A DNA stretch of 64,000 nt. Source: Eremomyces bilateralis CBS 781.70. Lineage: Eukaryota. The position numbers and the translations under genes are program-made. A model generated the notes under the pieces. It made no database searches and was not told the DNA's origin. It was given only the letters and a program-made list of their open reading frames with translations. Shown piece by piece: positions 61,655 to 64,000 of the stretch. The stretch is from the NCBI GenBank assembly GCA_010015585.1, contig ML975165.1; one strand, written 5' to 3'. Position 1 is the stretch's first letter. Every line of letters begins with the position of its first letter.

Positions 61655-64000
61655 TCAGAACCCATCGCCGGCCTCCGCCACCGCAGCATCGAGCATCTCC
61701 AGCCCATACCACCGCGCCACCTCCCTCAGCACCCGCATTCTCTCCCCCAGCTTCTCCCTACTCACCGTCCCCACCCACTCCCCAGCACAAGCACAATGCT
61801 CCATAAACTCATTCTTCCGGATCCGCGCACACTTCGCGCACTTGAGATCCTGTGTACACCACCGTACCACCATCGCCTGCACCTCCGCCACCAACGACTC
61901 CTCCACCCGCAACCGATCGAACTCTGCATCGCAATCACACCGCCACTTCGGAAGCGGCTGCACGCCTCTCCGCGACCCGCCCTCGCCGTCCCCGTCCACG
62001 TCGAACACCAGCGCCGACGCATCCCGACAGAGGTCGACGGACTTCGGCGCGCCGCACTCCTCGCACGTCATCTCGACGGGGCATTTCGCGCTAGGGTTCC
62101 GCCAGCGGGCTTCGGAGGCGAATTCGCGGACCTCGCAGAGGGAAAGGAGTTCTTTGCGGAGCATGCGCGCCTCGAGGGAGATCTCGCGGTCAAGGGAGAG
62201 GACTTGCATGAGCGACTTGATGAGCTGGAGGACAGGGTTGTTGTTGGCGGCGGAGGAGAGATGGGCGCCGGGGAGGGAGGGCATGGCATAGTCCGAGGCA
62301 AGGTCAGGATGCAGGAGCTCGGCGACCTGGCGACGGACGTGGCCTGCGATTCGCTTGGTGAGAGCCTTGGTGAAGGACTTGGGGAGGACGGATGTTATGA
62401 CTGCGGTATCTTGGGTCAAGCTTCGGACTGGGAGTTGCGTGACTCGCAGCGTTTCGCTTTCCCCTTCTCCTGATACCGTGGGCCGCTTGCGTCCATGCAT
62501 GAGATCGATGAACTGGATCACCCAGTCGCGGAAAACATCTTGAAGGTGCTGAGGAAGGACAGAGGCAAGTTGCCAATGCATCACGGTCTCCAATTGTTGT
62601 TCGGCCTCCGCGACGACCTCTTTGCAGCCAATGCCGCCGAAGTTGTAGTCATCGTACCAGACGAGGTAGTCCCAGTACTCTTGGATGTCGAGCTGAACAA
62701 AACTGAAGAGCGGTTTCGACTGCACGGTCTTGAGGATATACTGCGTGTAGGCAAAGGCGTTGCCAACCTCGCTCTTACTGGTCTGCAGGAGCAGTCGATG
62801 AGGGCTGGCGAACACGACCTGTGATCCAACCCGACGGAAGTCGCTGATGAGCTGCTGAAGCGCTTTCCGGGACATCATCTGGACGTAGTAGTGCAAGGCG
62901 CGGTCGTAGAGGAACGAACCCGGCGACTCCACCCATCGGACGAGGTGCTGGACCATGACGTCGGCCATCTGTCCGCCGTCGCGACATGCTTCGGACCACC
63001 ACGCCTTCACCATCTCGCGAAGCACAACGATTCCAGTCGTCGCGAACGCATTGTCACTGTAGATGACGTGGCCGTCGTCGGCGATATTCTTATCCGAAGG
63101 AGCGGCAGGGTTGAACGAGAACGAGTCGGCCCCTTCCGCGTCATTCACCAGCGAGGACGCTAGAATGGTGTTGATCGCAAGGTTTCGTAGGCTCAAGTCG
63201 ATGCAGACGGAAGAATACGTCCCCGGGTTGTTGACCTCGGGCATCTCAACCGTCTCCAGCGGCCCGACAATGTCGTCTTTCTCGTAGCCAGCATGATCAG
63301 GTTTTGACCCGGTGGACCACCACAAGACAACCCGCTCTTTGAGTAGACGTCGAGCATACGCCACATCGATCAGGAAGCGAGGGTCATGCCCTTCCATGTT
63401 ACATAGCGGAACGTTTCCGTATCGGGCGAGCTCGATGAGGTGCGATACCCACGCACCAAGGGTGAGGTAGTGCGTGACCAGCCGCTTCGCAACGAAGGTC
63501 TGCCAGCCCAGGGGCGGAAGGTTTTTGTCCGACTCATCGAACTTCAACGGAAGATTAGGGAACTCCTTCATGATCGGCACGACGTGAGGAAGAAGTCGGT
63601 GGTGCTGGCTCTGCACGACAAGGATGAAGCTCCCTTCCTTTTCGTCGTTCCGCATCTTCTTCATTGCGTCGCCGAGTTCTAGGTATGCCTTCCTTTTCGT
63701 CGTCACTTGGGTGGTCTTGAAGTGCATGTCGGTCTGGTACTCGAAGCACTGCTGCCATGACTGATCCTCGGCACTTTCAGTGACTCGTTTAGAGTACGCA
63801 TCTTTATAAAGCTTGTCGACATTCGGTAGACTCTGAGTGTCACGTCCTCGATTGAGGATGATGATGTGTCCCTGCGTGCCGGTACTGGAGCAGATGGCAA
63901 ACACCTGCCGATCCCCGACACTGACATGATAGAGGTAAAGGAATTTCAGCTGTGCTTGAGCGAGATACGGATCCGGCTTTGCCACCTGCCGCAATGCACT
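61655..64000 (-). CDS. POL2: DNA polymerase epsilon catalytic subunit, C-terminal part (gene continues beyond the window)
   Basis: ARYGNVPLCN; VNNPGTYSSVCIDL; YWDYLVWYDDYNFGG; C-terminal CEEC...DLC and QDLKCAKC...HCACAGEW metal-binding motifs. Confidence 0.96.
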   Translation of the reverse strand, partial: SALRQVAKPDPYLAQAQLKFLYLYHVSVGDRQVFAICSSTGTQGHIIILNRGRDTQSLPNVDKLYKDAYSKRVTESAEDQSWQQCFEYQTDMHFKTTQVTTKRKAYLELGDAMKKMRNDEKEGSFILVVQSQHHRLLPHVVPIMKEFPNLPLKFDESDKNLPPLGWQTFVAKRLVTHYLTLGAWVSHLIELARYGNVPLCNMEGHDPRFLIDVAYARRLLKERVVLWWSTGSKPDHAGYEKDDIVGPLETVEMPEVNNPGTYSSVCIDLSLRNLAINTILASSLVNDAEGADSFSFNPAAPSDKNIADDGHVIYSDNAFATTGIVVLREMVKAWWSEACRDGGQMADVMVQHLVRWVESPGSFLYDRALHYYVQMMSRKALQQLISDFRRVGSQVVFASPHRLLLQTSKSEVGNAFAYTQYILKTVQSKPLFSFVQLDIQEYWDYLVWYDDYNFGGIGCKEVVAEAEQQLETVMHWQLASVLPQHLQDVFRDWVIQFIDLMHGRKRPTVSGEGESETLRVTQLPVRSLTQDTAVITSVLPKSFTKALTKRIAGHVRRQVAELLHPDLASDYAMPSLPGAHLSSAANNNPVLQLIKSLMQVLSLDREISLEARMLRKELLSLCEVREFASEARWRNPSAKCPVEMTCEECGAPKSVDLCRDASALVFDVDGDGEGGSRRGVQPLPKWRCDCDAEFDRLRVEESLVAEVQAMVVRWCTQDLKCAKCARIRKNEFMEHCACAGEWVGTVSREKLGERMRVLREVARWYGLEMLDAAVAEAGDGF

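Noticed and set aside
28532..64000. Apparent cluster of mitotic and replication genes (dynamitin, Scm3, Borealin, Pol2)
   Set aside because: They are interspersed with unrelated housekeeping genes over 35 kb, so there is no evidence of a functional cluster without synteny data.
1..64000. Transposons, CRISPR arrays, rRNA, telomeric repeats, hammerhead ribozymes
   Set aside because: I found no transposase/RT ORFs, TIR/LTR pairs, spaced repeat arrays, TTAGGG runs or complete CTGATGA...GAAA cores by eye.

Overview
This is a gene-dense, intron-containing stretch of a filamentous ascomycete (Pezizomycotina) nuclear genome. The basis is short GT..CTRAC..YAG introns and fungal-type orthologs; a Dothideomycete origin is plausible but cannot be shown from this window. 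I can reconstruct about 24 protein-coding genes, mostly housekeeping: ATP1, Mpo1/DUF962, RPB7, Dap2/DPP-IV, ARC35, UTP12, Msb1/Mug8-domain, DUF3140, Rlm1 MADS-box, Pef1, an uncharacterised gene across an assembly gap, dynamitin, LSD1, NDUFAF7/MidA-like, cysteine-synthase-like, Scm3, ATG6, DUF6594-like, lysophospholipase B, MscS-like channel, Borealin/Nbl1, PP28, RfeF-like and the 3' part of POL2. There are two N gaps. No tRNA, rRNA, transposon or CRISPR could be supported. The main structure the genes do not explain is about 20 short, strand-symmetric domains where a C-rich block is followed by a G-rich block. These domains ignore gene orientation, show up at synonymous positions and are centred on both assembly gaps. 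Smaller observations: stop-free 3n introns, overlapping uORFs, an apparent homopolymer frameshift in Pef1, frequent AAG splice acceptors and cell-cycle-like promoter motifs. All product names come from my recognition of motifs, not from database searches.
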